Shown: positions 20,784 through 29,804 of the stretch, piece after piece | Layout of the letters: the number at the start of each line of letters is the position of its first letter | Position numbering within the stretch: position 1 is the first letter of the stretch | NCBI RefSeq assembly: GCF_001017655.1 | Contig: NZ_CP010904.1 | Span: 570,001 to 602,000 of the forward strand | Direction: 5' to 3' | Length of the DNA stretch: 32,000 nucleotides | Source: Kiritimatiella glycovorans | GTDB taxonomy: Bacteria; Verrucomicrobiota; Kiritimatiellia; Kiritimatiellales; Kiritimatiellaceae | Program-made: the position numbers and the translations under genes | The notes under the pieces: model-generated | What the model was told of the DNA's origin: nothing | Databases searched by the model: none | The model's input: only the letters and a program-made list of their open reading frames with translations

Positions 20784-22580
20784 ATGAACGAAGAACAAAA
20801 CACCATAACCGAAGAAATGCTTCAGGACGACACCAGCGCCCTGGAGAAAATGTACGAAGAAACCCTCCGCGATTTCCAGGAGGGCTCGATCGTAACCGGA
20901 AAGATTATCGATATCCGCCCCAATGAGGTGCTCGTCGATATCGGCTATAAATCCGAGGGGCTGGTCTCCAGAGAAGAATTTGACAGCGAAGAGGAAATCG
21001 AGGCGGACCGCGAGATCGAAGTCTTCCTCGACCGCCTCGAAGATGAGCACGGCATGGTCGTGCTCAGCAAACACCGCGCCGACCTCCAGCGGAACTGGAA
21101 TAAGGTCATCGCCACCTGCGAGGAAGGCTCGACCATCGAAGGCAACGTCAAGCGCCGCGTGAAAGGCGGGCTGATCGTCGATATCAACGGAATCGAGGCT
21201 TTCCTGCCGGGATCGCAGGTCGATGTGGTTCCCGTGCGCGATCTCGACGAGTGCATCGGACAGACCTACGAATTCAAGATCCTCAAGATCAACGAGGAAC
21301 GCAAAAACATCGTGGTCTCCCGCCGCGAACTCATCGAGGAATCGCGGCGCGAAGCGCGCCAGCAGCTCCTCGCCGAAATCAAACCCGGCCAGATCCGCAG
21401 CGGTAGGGTCAAGAATATCACCGATTTCGGCGCTTTTATCGACCTCAACGGCGCCGACGGGCTGCTCCATGTCACGGATATGGGCTGGGGTCGCGTGAAC
21501 CATCCCTCGGAAGTGGTTTCCGTCGGCCAGGAACTCGAAGTGATGGTCCTCGACGTGAACCGCGAGAAAGAACGCATCTCGCTCGGCCTGAAACAGACCC
21601 AGCGCAATCCCTGGGAGGATATCGAAGAGCGCTATCCGGTCGGCAGCCGGGTGCACGGCCGCGTAATGAAAGTGGCCCCCTACGGCGCGTTCGTCGAAAT
21701 CGAGGAAGGCGTCGAAGGACTGGTGCACGTGTCCGAGATGTCGTGGACGAAGCGCGTCGCCAAGGCTGCGGATGTCGTCAACGAGGGCGATGAAGTGGAT
21801 GTGGTGGTGCTCTCCATCAACAAGGACGAACAGAAGATCTCGCTCGGTATGCGCCAGACGGAGGCCAACCCGTGGGAGGTCGCCGCGGAAACCTATCCCA
21901 TCGGCTCCCGCGTGAAGGGGACGGTCCGCAACTTCACTTCGTACGGCGCGTTCGTGGAAGTGGAAGAGGGCATCGACGGCATGATCCACGTCTCCGACAT
22001 GTCCTGGACCCGTAAGGTCAACCACCCGTCGGAAGTGCTCGAAAAAGGCGAGGAAGTGGAATGCGTGGTGCTGGAAGTCGATCCGGAAAACCAGCGCATG
22101 AGCCTCGGTCTGAAACAGGCGCAGGAGGATCCCTGGGCGAAGATCGCCAAGAAGTTCTCGGTGGGCGATATCGTGAAGGGTACGGTGACCAAGATCGCAT
22201 CCTTCGGCGCATTCGTCGAAATCGAGGAGGGCGTGGAAGGTCTTGTCCATATCAGCCAGATCAGCAGCGACCACGTCGAAAAGGTCCGCGACAAGCTGGA
22301 TAAAGGGCAGGAGGTCGAGGCCCGGATCGTCAAGATCGATCCCGCGGAGCGGCGTATCGGTCTCAGTATCAAGGCCGCGGAAGTGGCGGACGAGGATTTC
22401 GAGGTCAACGATGAGATGCTCGAAGGCCTCCGTCCGGGCGAAGATCTGGTCGACCTCGCCGGCGCATTCGACGACGCCATAAGCTCGCTTGAGGAATGGC
22501 ATCCCGGAGACAAGAAGTCCGGCGATTCGGAAGAGCCGGAACCGTCAGACCAGTCCGGCGGAGACGAGGACCGTGGATGA
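20784..22580 (+). CDS. rpsA: 30S ribosomal protein S1 (six S1 domains)
   Basis: Repeated S1 OB-fold signatures: [11 protein letters not shown]..., [18 protein letters not shown]..., [89 protein letters not shown]. The C-terminal tail is acidic. Confidence 0.95.
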   Translation: MNEEQNTITEEMLQDDTSALEKMYEETLRDFQEGSIVTGKIIDIRPNEVLVDIGYKSEGLVSREEFDSEEEIEADREIEVFLDRLEDEHGMVVLSKHRADLQRNWNKVIATCEEGSTIEGNVKRRVKGGLIVDINGIEAFLPGSQVDVVPVRDLDECIGQTYEFKILKINEERKNIVVSRRELIEESRREARQQLLAEIKPGQIRSGRVKNITDFGAFIDLNGADGLLHVTDMGWGRVNHPSEVVSVGQELEVMVLDVNREKERISLGLKQTQRNPWEDIEERYPVGSRVHGRVMKVAPYGAFVEIEEGVEGLVHVSEMSWTKRVAKAADVVNEGDEVDVVVLSINKDEQKISLGMRQTEANPWEVAAETYPIGSRVKGTVRNFTSYGAFVEVEEGIDGMIHVSDMSWTRKVNHPSEVLEKGEEVECVVLEVDPENQRMSLGLKQAQEDPWAKIAKKFSVGDIVKGTVTKIASFGAFVEIEEGVEGLVHISQISSDHVEKVRDKLDKGQEVEARIVKIDPAERRIGLSIKAAEVADEDFEVNDEMLEGLRPGEDLVDLAGAFDDAISSLEEWHPGDKKSGDSEEPEPSDQSGGDEDRG

Positions 22581-23793
22581 GTGCGGGCGTCAGCTCGAAA
22601 CGCTGAAGGCCCGCTCCGTCGACTGCGTTACCGCCGGCGAACTGGAGCGTAAGGTGCGTCGCGCGGCCGCTGAAAAGCGGCCGCTGCGCATCAAGTACGG
22701 CGCGGATCCCTCCGCGCCGGATATCCATCTCGGGCATGTGGTCGGCCTGAATAAGCTCCGTGAATTCCAGGAATTCGGTCATACGGTCGTCTTCATTATA
22801 GGCGACTTCACGGGCATGATCGGCGATCCTTCCGGGCGCTCGGCCACGCGCCCCGCGCTCACCCGCGAGCAGGTGAACGCGAACGCGAAATCCTACCAGC
22901 AGCAGGTGTTCAAGGTGCTCGATCCCGAACGGACCGAAGTCCGGTTCAATTCGGAGTGGTTCGGGCCGATGACGTTCGACGACGTGGTGCGCCTGAGTGC
23001 GAAGGTGACGGTGGCCCAGATGCTGAGCCGCGACGATTTCGCGAAGCGCTACTCCGGCAACCAGCCGATCTCCCTGGTGGAGTTCCTTTATCCGCTGATC
23101 CAGGCGTGGGATTCGGTCATGGTCCGGGCCGATGTCGAACTGGGCGGCACGGACCAGATCTTCAACCTGCTCCTCGGTCGCGAACTCCAGAAGGAGGAGG
23201 GACAGGAACCCCAGGTCGCGCTGACCCTGCCGCTGCTGGAGGGACTGGACGGGGTGCAGAAGATGAGCAAGAGCCTCGGGAATTACGTGGGCGTGACCGA
23301 CGCGCCGGCCGAGATGTTCGGCAAACTGATGTCGGTAAGTGACGAATTGATGTGGCGCTACTTTTCGCTCATCCTCCGCCGCCCGGAGGACGAACTTAAA
23401 AAAACGCGCGCGGATGTCGGCGAAGGGCGCGTGCACCCCAGAGCAGTGAAAGACTCGCTGGCGCGCGAGATCACCGCCTGGTTCCATTCGCCCGAAGCCG
23501 CGGAAACCGCGGCGCAGGAATTCAGCCGGGTCTTCTCCAGGGGGGATGTCCCCGATGATATGCCGGAGCATGTGCTCGATGCCGGGGCGGTCGGGATCCT
23601 CGATCTCATCACCGCGGCCGGCCTGCTGCCCAGTAAAAGCGAGGCCAGGCGCGTGGTGAAGCAGGGTGGCGTCCGCCTCAACGGAGAGCGCATCGACGAT
23701 CCGCATGCGCGGTTGGAACCGGAGGACGGGGCGGTGCTGAAGGTGGGAAAACGGAAGTTCTGCAGAATCCGGGTGGGTGGGGTGGATGAGTGA
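22573..23793 (+). CDS. tyrS: Tyrosyl-tRNA synthetase (type 2, Thermus-like, with C-terminal S4 domain)
   Basis: HIGH region [36 protein letters not shown] motif QKMSKSLGN, and S4-like [22 protein letters not shown] chose in-frame GTG 22573 (8-nt overlap with the rpsA stop) because it gives an N-terminus of normal length. The track start 22489 lies inside rpsA. Confidence 0.88.
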   Translation: MDECGRQLETLKARSVDCVTAGELERKVRRAAAEKRPLRIKYGADPSAPDIHLGHVVGLNKLREFQEFGHTVVFIIGDFTGMIGDPSGRSATRPALTREQVNANAKSYQQQVFKVLDPERTEVRFNSEWFGPMTFDDVVRLSAKVTVAQMLSRDDFAKRYSGNQPISLVEFLYPLIQAWDSVMVRADVELGGTDQIFNLLLGRELQKEEGQEPQVALTLPLLEGLDGVQKMSKSLGNYVGVTDAPAEMFGKLMSVSDELMWRYFSLILRRPEDELKKTRADVGEGRVHPRAVKDSLAREITAWFHSPEAAETAAQEFSRVFSRGDVPDDMPEHVLDAGAVGILDLITAAGLLPSKSEARRVVKQGGVRLNGERIDDPHARLEPEDGAVLKVGKRKFCRIRVGGVDE

Positions 23794-23835
23794 GAGATCT
23801 GAGTGGAATCTGAGTGAGAGACCTGAGACCTGAAA

Positions 23836-23858
23836 CCTGAGTGGGCTTCTCACTCAGG
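23836..23858. terminator. Hairpin between the convergent tyrS and prepilin-peptidase genes (possible bidirectional terminator)
   Basis: CCTGAGTG-GGCTTCT-CACTCAGG forms an 8-bp stem. There is no clear U-tract on the + strand and only TTT on the - strand. Confidence 0.4.
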
Positions 23859-23867
23859 GTGTCACGC

Positions 23868-24680
23868 TCATCCTCCCCTGACCCAGTCCACGTAGGCCCA
23901 CCACAGATCCGACCCGCCGAGCATCCAGAGCAGCGCGGCCAGCGCGATCCAGGGGCCGTACGGGATGCGGCTCTGAAGATTTCTTCCGCCGAGGATGATC
24001 AGGGCGATCCCCACCACGGAACCGGCGAGCGATGAAACCATGATGACAAACGGGATCGAGGCGGCCCCGAGCCAGCCCCCCACCGCGCCCAGCAGTTTCA
24101 CGTCTCCGTACCCCATCGCTTCTTTCCTGAACACGCGGCGTCCCGCCGCCGCCACAAGCCAGAGGAAGCCGTACCCCGCAGCCAGGCCGGCGAGCGACTG
24201 CAGGAGTGAGGAGAAGCGGTCCGCCGTCCCGTGAAGCTGCGGCACGAGGAGACTGAGTACCGGCCCCAGGACCATGCCGCCGATGGTGACCCGGTCCGGA
24301 ATGATCAGGTGCTCCAGGTCGACGAACGAGCCGAGGATCAGTCCGAAGACGGCCAGCAGATAGACCGGGGTGACCGCCGTGAGTCCGTGAACCTCGAACA
24401 CGGCGACAAAGAGCAGGGCCGTCAGCAGTTCCACGAGCGCGTAGCGCGGGGATATGGGCTCGCCGCAGTGGCGGCAGCGCGCCCGCAGGAGCATCCAGCT
24501 CAGCAGCGGGATGTTATCGTACCACGCGATCAGCCGGCCGCAATGCGGACAGTGTGACCGCGGCCGGACGATCGATTCCTCGCGGGGAATGCGGTGAATG
24601 CAGACATTGAGCAGGCTTCCGATGCAGGCGCCCAGCAGAAAGAAGATGAGATCGAAATAGAAGTGCCAGAACGCATCCAC
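23868..24680 (-). CDS. pilD: Prepilin peptidase / type IV leader peptidase (A24 family)
   Basis: The N-terminal zinc-finger-like region CIHRIPREESIVRPRSHCPHCGRLIAWYDNIPLLSWMLLRARCRHCGEPISPRYALVELL is followed by polytopic membrane segments and the GYGDVKL catalytic-Asp motif. The GTG start overlaps the aroE stop by 1 nt. Confidence 0.85.
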   Translation of the reverse strand: MDAFWHFYFDLIFFLLGACIGSLLNVCIHRIPREESIVRPRSHCPHCGRLIAWYDNIPLLSWMLLRARCRHCGEPISPRYALVELLTALLFVAVFEVHGLTAVTPVYLLAVFGLILGSFVDLEHLIIPDRVTIGGMVLGPVLSLLVPQLHGTADRFSSLLQSLAGLAAGYGFLWLVAAAGRRVFRKEAMGYGDVKLLGAVGGWLGAASIPFVIMVSSLAGSVVGIALIILGGRNLQSRIPYGPWIALAALLWMLGGSDLWWAYVDWVRGG

Positions 24681-25552
24681 TACGCGCCTCCCTCTCCGTA
24701 GACCGCCCGCTTGAGCGCCCCGCGCATCGCTCCCGTATCCGGCTCAAGCCCCGTCCAGAGCGTGAAGGCGCGGGCTCCCTGATGCAGCAGCATGCCCAGT
24801 CCATTGGCCGTTTCGGCGCCCGCTTCGCGGGCCGCGCGGAGAAAGGCCGTCTCGGGATACATGTAGATCAGGTCGAAGGCTCGCTGACCCCCGCGGAATG
24901 CGCGGTCCGGAAGCGGCGAAGAATCCTCCGGCTTCATACCCACCGGCGTTGCCTGAACCAGCAGCTCGGAATCGCGGGCCCTTTCCGCCGCCTCGCCGGA
25001 ATGGTCGGTGCAGTGCAGCTCCAGACCGGGGAAGCGCTCACGGATCTCGTGTTCGAGCCGCCGCAGGCGGCCGTTGTCCAGGTCGCTCAGCACGAGCGCG
25101 GAAGCCCCCTGTCCCGCCGCGTACAGCGCCGCCACCCGGCCCGCGCCCCCCGCGCCCAGAACAAAAACGGACGTTCCGTCCACGTCCCTCCCGAACGCCT
25201 CGCGGAGCGCCTCAATGAAGCCGTCTCCGTCCGTGTTGTGTCCTTCGGGGCCGCGCTCCGTGAACACGACCGTGTTCACCGACCCCAGCGTACGCGCGCT
25301 CTCGCCGAGCCGTGTCAGCGCGGCGAAGGCCCGTTCCTTGAGCGGCACCGTGATGTTGAGCCCTCCGAAGCCCGCGGCCCCGAGTGCGGGGATCACGGAT
25401 TCGAGGTCGTCCGGAGCCACATCGAGCGCCAGGTACACGCCGTCGAAATCCAGCGCCGCAAACGACGCATTGTGCATGCACGGCGAAAGACTGTGCGCCA
25501 CGGGGTGGCCCAGCACCGCGAAGGGCCTGGTATGACCGCCGACTTCCTTCAT
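24680..25552 (-). CDS. aroE: Shikimate 5-dehydrogenase
   Basis: FAVLGHPVAHSLSPCMHNASFAALDFDGVYLALDV, NITVPLKE, NTDGDGF, VLGAGGAGRVAALYA. I prefer the start ATG 25552 (GAAGGG 9 nt upstream). The ORF is open up to TTG 25588, which would overlap the leuA stop. Confidence 0.85.
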   Translation of the reverse strand: MKEVGGHTRPFAVLGHPVAHSLSPCMHNASFAALDFDGVYLALDVAPDDLESVIPALGAAGFGGLNITVPLKERAFAALTRLGESARTLGSVNTVVFTERGPEGHNTDGDGFIEALREAFGRDVDGTSVFVLGAGGAGRVAALYAAGQGASALVLSDLDNGRLRRLEHEIRERFPGLELHCTDHSGEAAERARDSELLVQATPVGMKPEDSSPLPDRAFRGGQRAFDLIYMYPETAFLRAAREAGAETANGLGMLLHQGARAFTLWTGLEPDTGAMRGALKRAVYGEGGA

Positions 25553-25584
25553 GCCCGTCTGCCCTTCATGGTTCGGGTTGCCGC

Positions 25585-27273
25585 TCAACTCCCTTCCAGC
25601 CGGTTGAGTCCGGCGACTATAGCGCGGACGGCCGCCTGGTCAATATTCGAGTCCGAGCCCGCTCCATAGACAATCCGGCCGTCATCCAGCTTCAGAGGCA
25701 CGAAGGCCATCGCCGTGGCATCCGCTCCCTTGCCGACCGCCTGCTCGTGATAATCGTCCACGCTGAACCCGATGCTGCAGAAAGGACGCACGGCGTTCAC
25801 GAACGCCGAGACCGGCCCGTTGCCGTCGGCCTCGCCGGCCTTTTCCTCGCCGTGAACCTTTATCCTGACCTCGCCGTGGATGTACCCGGGATCTTCGCGG
25901 TCCGGACGCGGCCAGTAGCCGACCAGCTCGTACGGCCCTTCGGGTTCGAGGAATTCGGACCGGAAGAGATCGTACACCTCGGAACTGGCGACTTCGCGCC
26001 CCATCCGGTCGCTGTAGGCCTGCACGATCTCGCGCAGCTCGCTGCGGAGATCCTGCGGTACTTCAATGTCGTAGTCCTGCTCCAGCACCCACGCGATACC
26101 GCCCTTGCCGGACTGCGAGTTGATCCGGATCAGCCGCTCGAACTTCCGGCCCAGGTCTTCGGGGTCGATGTGCAGGTAGGGCACCTTCCACCGCATGCCG
26201 AACTTGTCCGGCGCCTCGCCGAGCCGGTGGACGCCCTTGTTGATCGCGTCCTGGTGCGACCCCGAGAAAGCGGTGAAGACATACTCACCGGCATAGGGCT
26301 GGCGGTAGTAGACCGGCATCCCCGTCAACCGCTCAACCACGTCCGCCACCCCGCGGATGTCGGAGAAGTCCAGCCCCGTCTCGATACCCCGCGCATACAG
26401 GTTGTTCGCCACGGTCACCAGGTCGACATTGCCGGTGCGTTCGCCGTGGCCGAACAGCGTCCCCTCCACGCGGTCCGCGCCCGCGAGCAGCGTCAGCTCG
26501 GTCGCCGCGACCGCCATTCCCTGGTCGTTATGACTGTGCACGGAGATCGAGACCGACTCGCGGTGCGGGAAGTTCTTCGCAAACCACTCGATCATGTCCG
26601 CATAATGGTTCGGAGGACGGCGTTCCACCGTCGCCGGCAGATTGAGAATCAGCGGCTTCTCCGGCGTCGCCTTGCCCCATGCCTCATACACCTGCGTGCA
26701 GAGATCCAGCGTGAACTCGAGATCGGTGTCGGTGAACTCCTCCGGCGAAAACTGAAAGCGGATGTCCGCTTCAGGCATCGCCTCCGCGCGTGCGCGTATC
26801 TGCCGCGCCGCTTCGACGGCCTTTTCGAGGGTCTTCGCGCGGTCCATGCCGAACACGTGCTGGCGGTGCAGCTCGGAGGCCGCGATGTAGGCGTGCACGA
26901 TGCCGCGTTTCAGGCCCCGGAACGCCTCGAAGGTCCGGTCGATCAGATGCGGGCGGCACTGGGTCAGTCCCATGATGTAGACGTCATCCGGAATGCGGTC
27001 TTCTTCAACCAAACGCCGCGTGAACCGGAAGTCGGCCTCGCTGGCCGAGGGAAACGCGATTTCGATGTGCTTGAAGCCGATCCGGCAGAGCAGCTCGAAA
27101 TACTCGAGCTTCTGGTCGGGATCCATGGGATCCGGCAGCGCCTGGTTCCCGTCGCGAAGATCCACCGAACACCAGACCGGACTGGCCGTGACGGTCTGCG
27201 ACGGCCACATGCGATCGGGCAGATCAATGGCCTCCGGTATGCCGTATTTGGGTGTGGTTCGTTCGTCCTTCAT
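25585..27273 (-). CDS. leuA: 2-isopropylmalate synthase, long (actinobacterial/LeuA type 2) form
   Basis: Collinear with M. tuberculosis LeuA as I recall it: WCSVDLRDGNQAL, EIAFPSASEADF, LNLPATVE, HSHNDQGMAVAATEL, GADRVEGTLFGHGERTGNV, FSGSHQDAINKG, NSQSGKGGIAWV, GNGPVSAFV. Confidence 0.92.
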   Translation of the reverse strand: MKDERTTPKYGIPEAIDLPDRMWPSQTVTASPVWCSVDLRDGNQALPDPMDPDQKLEYFELLCRIGFKHIEIAFPSASEADFRFTRRLVEEDRIPDDVYIMGLTQCRPHLIDRTFEAFRGLKRGIVHAYIAASELHRQHVFGMDRAKTLEKAVEAARQIRARAEAMPEADIRFQFSPEEFTDTDLEFTLDLCTQVYEAWGKATPEKPLILNLPATVERRPPNHYADMIEWFAKNFPHRESVSISVHSHNDQGMAVAATELTLLAGADRVEGTLFGHGERTGNVDLVTVANNLYARGIETGLDFSDIRGVADVVERLTGMPVYYRQPYAGEYVFTAFSGSHQDAINKGVHRLGEAPDKFGMRWKVPYLHIDPEDLGRKFERLIRINSQSGKGGIAWVLEQDYDIEVPQDLRSELREIVQAYSDRMGREVASSEVYDLFRSEFLEPEGPYELVGYWPRPDREDPGYIHGEVRIKVHGEEKAGEADGNGPVSAFVNAVRPFCSIGFSVDDYHEQAVGKGADATAMAFVPLKLDDGRIVYGAGSDSNIDQAAVRAIVAGLNRLEGS

Positions 27274-27318
27274 GCCTTCCCGCCTTCATGGTCTGCACGC
27301 TCTTATTCGCTCTCCCAC

Positions 27319-27346
27319 AAAAAAACCCCCGCGGATTCCGCGGAGG
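27319..27346 (-). terminator. Intrinsic terminator inside the leuA 5' leader (attenuator)
   Basis: The minus strand reads CCTCCGCGG-AAT-CCGCGGGGG followed by TTTTTTT (9-bp stem including one G-U pair). It lies 46 nt upstream of the leuA ATG, and no upstream gene on this strand could use it as its own terminator. Confidence 0.6.
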
Positions 27347-27506
27347 TCTGCCACTCTGATATGTGCGCTCGATATACCCCTCCGCGGCCTTCAGCCCGCC
27401 CGTAGCAGGCTCCGGCTCATAAGTCGACCGAAGATGGGGTGCGCGTCATTCATGTCCCGGATCATGCCCCCGCCGCCCGCGGCGGTCAATTATAAAATCG
27501 GCGGGA

Positions 27507-27535
27507 TTGCAAAATCACCCGATCCGGTATAAAAT
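27507..27535 (+). promoter_or_regulatory. Candidate promoter of the radical SAM / nadE-like operon (TTGCAA-17-TAAAAT)
   Basis: TTGCAA lies at 27507-27512, followed by a 17-nt spacer and TAAAAT at 27530-27535. A perfect TATAAT on the opposite strand (+ coordinates 27489-27494) is a candidate divergent leuA promoter -10. Confidence 0.45.
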
Positions 27536-27560
27536 GAAACACGGTTGACGAGCGCACTTG

Positions 27561-28373
27561 ATGATGAGAGAGGAGAAGCGCATGAACCTGCAACGCCTGA
27601 TCACCCGATCTTCGAGCAAGCAGTTGTTCCGCCTGATGTTCGAACACCGGATTACGCGGAAGGCTTTTTTCAACGCGATCAGCCGGCGTCTCTACGACGA
27701 ACTGGTCGAGCGCAACCCGGATGACCGGCCGGTCAAGGTGCAGCAGGACAAGCATGCCTATCTCATGGCCCTGCTCGCGCGGTTCGACCGCGCGGCCTCC
27801 GAAGGAAGGATCAGTGCCACCGTGACGGAGAGGATCGTCGATGTGTTCCTCGATAACGTGGCGGTGAGCGATGAACACCGCTCGGAGGCCGCCCGGCGGC
27901 TGGGAATCAGTCCGCCGCTGTTTGTCGTGATCAGCCCGACGGGCCAATGCAACCTCCGCTGCCGGGGATGTTACGCGGCCAGCGACCCCAGCCACCATAA
28001 CAGCCTCGATTCCGCCACGTTCGAGCGCATCCTGAACGAGAAGAACGAGGAGTGGGACTCGCACTTCACCGTGATCTCGGGCGGCGAACCGTTTCTCTGG
28101 AAGGACGGCGACCGCGACCTGCTCGACGTCGTGGAGGATCACAGCGGCGACCTGTTCCTCGTCTACACCAACGGTACGCGGATCGACGACGAAACGGCGC
28201 GGCGCATGAGCGAGCTGGGCAACATCACGCCGGCGATCTCGGTGGAGGGGTTCGAAGCGGAAACGGACGACCGTCGCGGCAGGGGGGTGTTCCGGAAAGT
28301 CCTCAGGGCCATGGAAAACCTGCGGCGGCACGGCGTTCCGTTCGGAATCTCGATTACCCCCACGAAAGAAAAC
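27561..28373 (+). pseudogene. Radical SAM enzyme, 5' portion (interrupted by an IS insertion)
   Basis: Contains the CX3CX2C motif in ISPTGQCNLRCRGCYA, the GGEPF SAM-binding motif (VISGGEPFLW), and the TIM-barrel strands LVYTNGT and ISVEGF. The frame is broken at 28374 by the IS left end. The track ORF tail after ...TPTKEN is IS-derived read-through. ATG 27582 (GAGAGGAG Shine-Dalgarno) is an alternative start. Confidence 0.85.
28366..28373. repeat. Target-site duplication, left copy (AAGAAAAC)
   Basis: This 8 bp immediately outside the left IR is identical to 29797-29804 immediately outside the right IR. An 8-bp TSD is typical of the ISL3 family. Confidence 0.9.
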
Positions 28374-29796
28374 GGCTATTTCCGAATCTCTCAACGGGGT
28401 GATTTCGATTTGATGTCGATGGATACTGGTTCATCGGGCTGTCCTATACTGTGCGGAAACGGGTTGGGATTTGCGCAGGGATATCTACGTCTCCGACTGT
28501 GAGGAATATCATGTCAGTGAAGGCATCGAGCGTGCGGAATCCGCTGGCGCGGTTCTTGACGATTTTGACGATGCGGTTGAGCCCCTCGGCTATGGCATTG
28601 GTGAGCCGTGAGTTAACGAAAGCGAGGACGCCGAAGTAGTGCTGGCGCAGCGTGGTGACGAACTTGCGCAGAGGTTCCAGACGGCTTCGAAGGGCGGAGG
28701 TCGTCCAGCTCTTGAGGAAGCGTTCGGCAGCCCAGGGTGCCTTGTATTCCCAGAACTGCTCGAACTCGTCCTTCAGCCGCCATGCTCTATAGATGCGGTT
28801 GTTGGCCTTCTCAAGTGCCCGAAGGGTCTGGGTGTCGTCTTTGGATCGCGTTGAGGAGTGACGGTAGAGAAGCCAGCGCAGTCCCTTCAGAGCCTTGCGC
28901 TCGTCACCGCCGGCCAGCCGCCACTGCTCCTTACGCACACCGTCGACGGCCGTGTTGAGGGCTTTGACGATATGGAAACGGTCCAGGACAAGCGTGGCAT
29001 TCGGACAGTGCGCCTTGATGGCCCCCATGAAGGCATCACTCATGTCGCAGCATGCCCACCGGATCTGTTTCTTCTGGTAGTCGCTGAGCACTTCATGGAA
29101 GAAAACATCAATGGTTTCGCGCTTCTTGCCCCTCCCGACCCACACCACACACGAGCGGTCCAGGTCGTAAACCAGTGTGGCGTACTTGTGGCCTTTGGCG
29201 TAGGAGATCTCATCGATGCCGATGGTCTTCAGCCCTCGAATCCGGTGACCGTCGCGGATACGGGTAATCGTCCGGTGGAGCACATCGGAGAGCGTGGAAC
29301 GGGGGATACGCAGCAACTGGGCCGCCGCCTTCTGCGTCATGATCTGGCAGTACTTCAGCATCACGTACTCGAAGCGATAGGTGACACGCGCGAACCGCCC
29401 CGCCCAGGGGATCGCTTCAACCACCCGTCCGTGGGTCGGACACCAGATCTCCCGGGGGCAGTGTTGAAGCCATACGGTCCACCCGCAGACGGGGATGTCC
29501 CGCCACCGCCGCGGCTCGGGCATCACCCGAACAATGGTTCCGCGGCGGCCGCACTCCGGACACCGGCACCCGTTCTTGTGTGGCGTCACCGTCACCACGA
29601 AGTTGCTCCTCCCCTCGAAACCGAAGCCCACTACGCGCAGCCCCTTGAATCTCAACAGCTTCGCGACTACTCTGTTCCCGGTCATAGGTCGTGCTCCTTT
29701 CCTGCTGGTCGTCTTCGAACAACAACCAACAGTATGGACCGACCTATGGCCGTGTCACCTCCCTAAAGAAAGCCGTTGAGAGATTCGGATTGAGCC
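28374..29796 (-). mobile_element. ISL3-family insertion sequence (1423 bp), complete
   Basis: Terminal IRs are GGCTATTTCCGAATCTCTCAACGG (28374-28397) and the reverse complement of 29773-29796, GGCTCAATCCGAATCTCTCAACGG (21/24 identical, with the GGCT.. ends typical of ISL3). It has a single transposase ORF and a perfect 8-bp TSD. It looks visibly less GC-rich than its flanks. Confidence 0.9.
28444..29685 (-). CDS. ISL3-family transposase (zf-ISL3 + HTH + DDE)
   Basis: N-terminal zinc finger CRCPECG...CPTHG. DDE region IGIDEISYAKGHKYATLVYDL, WACCDMSDAFMGAI, LTNAIAEGLNRIVKIVKNRASGFR. The ORF is an intact 413 aa. Confidence 0.9.
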   Translation of the reverse strand: MTGNRVVAKLLRFKGLRVVGFGFEGRSNFVVTVTPHKNGCRCPECGRRGTIVRVMPEPRRWRDIPVCGWTVWLQHCPREIWCPTHGRVVEAIPWAGRFARVTYRFEYVMLKYCQIMTQKAAAQLLRIPRSTLSDVLHRTITRIRDGHRIRGLKTIGIDEISYAKGHKYATLVYDLDRSCVVWVGRGKKRETIDVFFHEVLSDYQKKQIRWACCDMSDAFMGAIKAHCPNATLVLDRFHIVKALNTAVDGVRKEQWRLAGGDERKALKGLRWLLYRHSSTRSKDDTQTLRALEKANNRIYRAWRLKDEFEQFWEYKAPWAAERFLKSWTTSALRSRLEPLRKFVTTLRQHYFGVLAFVNSRLTNAIAEGLNRIVKIVKNRASGFRTLDAFTDMIFLTVGDVDIPAQIPTRFRTV

Positions 29797-29804
29797 AAGA
29801 AAAC
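29797..29804. repeat. Target-site duplication, right copy (AAGAAAAC)
   Basis: Identical to 28366-28373. Confidence 0.9.

Noticed and set aside
20667-22502. 611-aa minus-strand ORF antisense to rpsA.
   Set aside because: It covers exactly the six-fold repeated S1-domain coding region. The translation (D/E/H/F/L/A-rich, repetitive) mirrors the repeat structure of rpsA and has no recognisable domain. It is a classic antisense artefact.
25384-27405. 673-aa + strand ORF overlapping leuA; also 13454-14554 (+) over pdxA and 12565-13305 (-) over the Usp gene.
   Set aside because: They are antisense to strongly conserved genes and have an R/P/G-rich composition with no motifs.
27395-27469. Classical leucine-rich leader peptide for leuA attenuation.
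   Set aside because: The 24-codon ORF has only three Leu (two adjacent) and no convincing Shine-Dalgarno sequence. I kept it only as a caveat-laden possibility within the attenuator finding, not as a CDS.
28374-28502. C-terminal tail of track ORF 27558-28502 (GYFRISQRGDFDLMSMD...) and the N-terminus of ORF 29691-30488.
   Set aside because: Both are read-through into or out of the ISL3 element, not native protein sequence.
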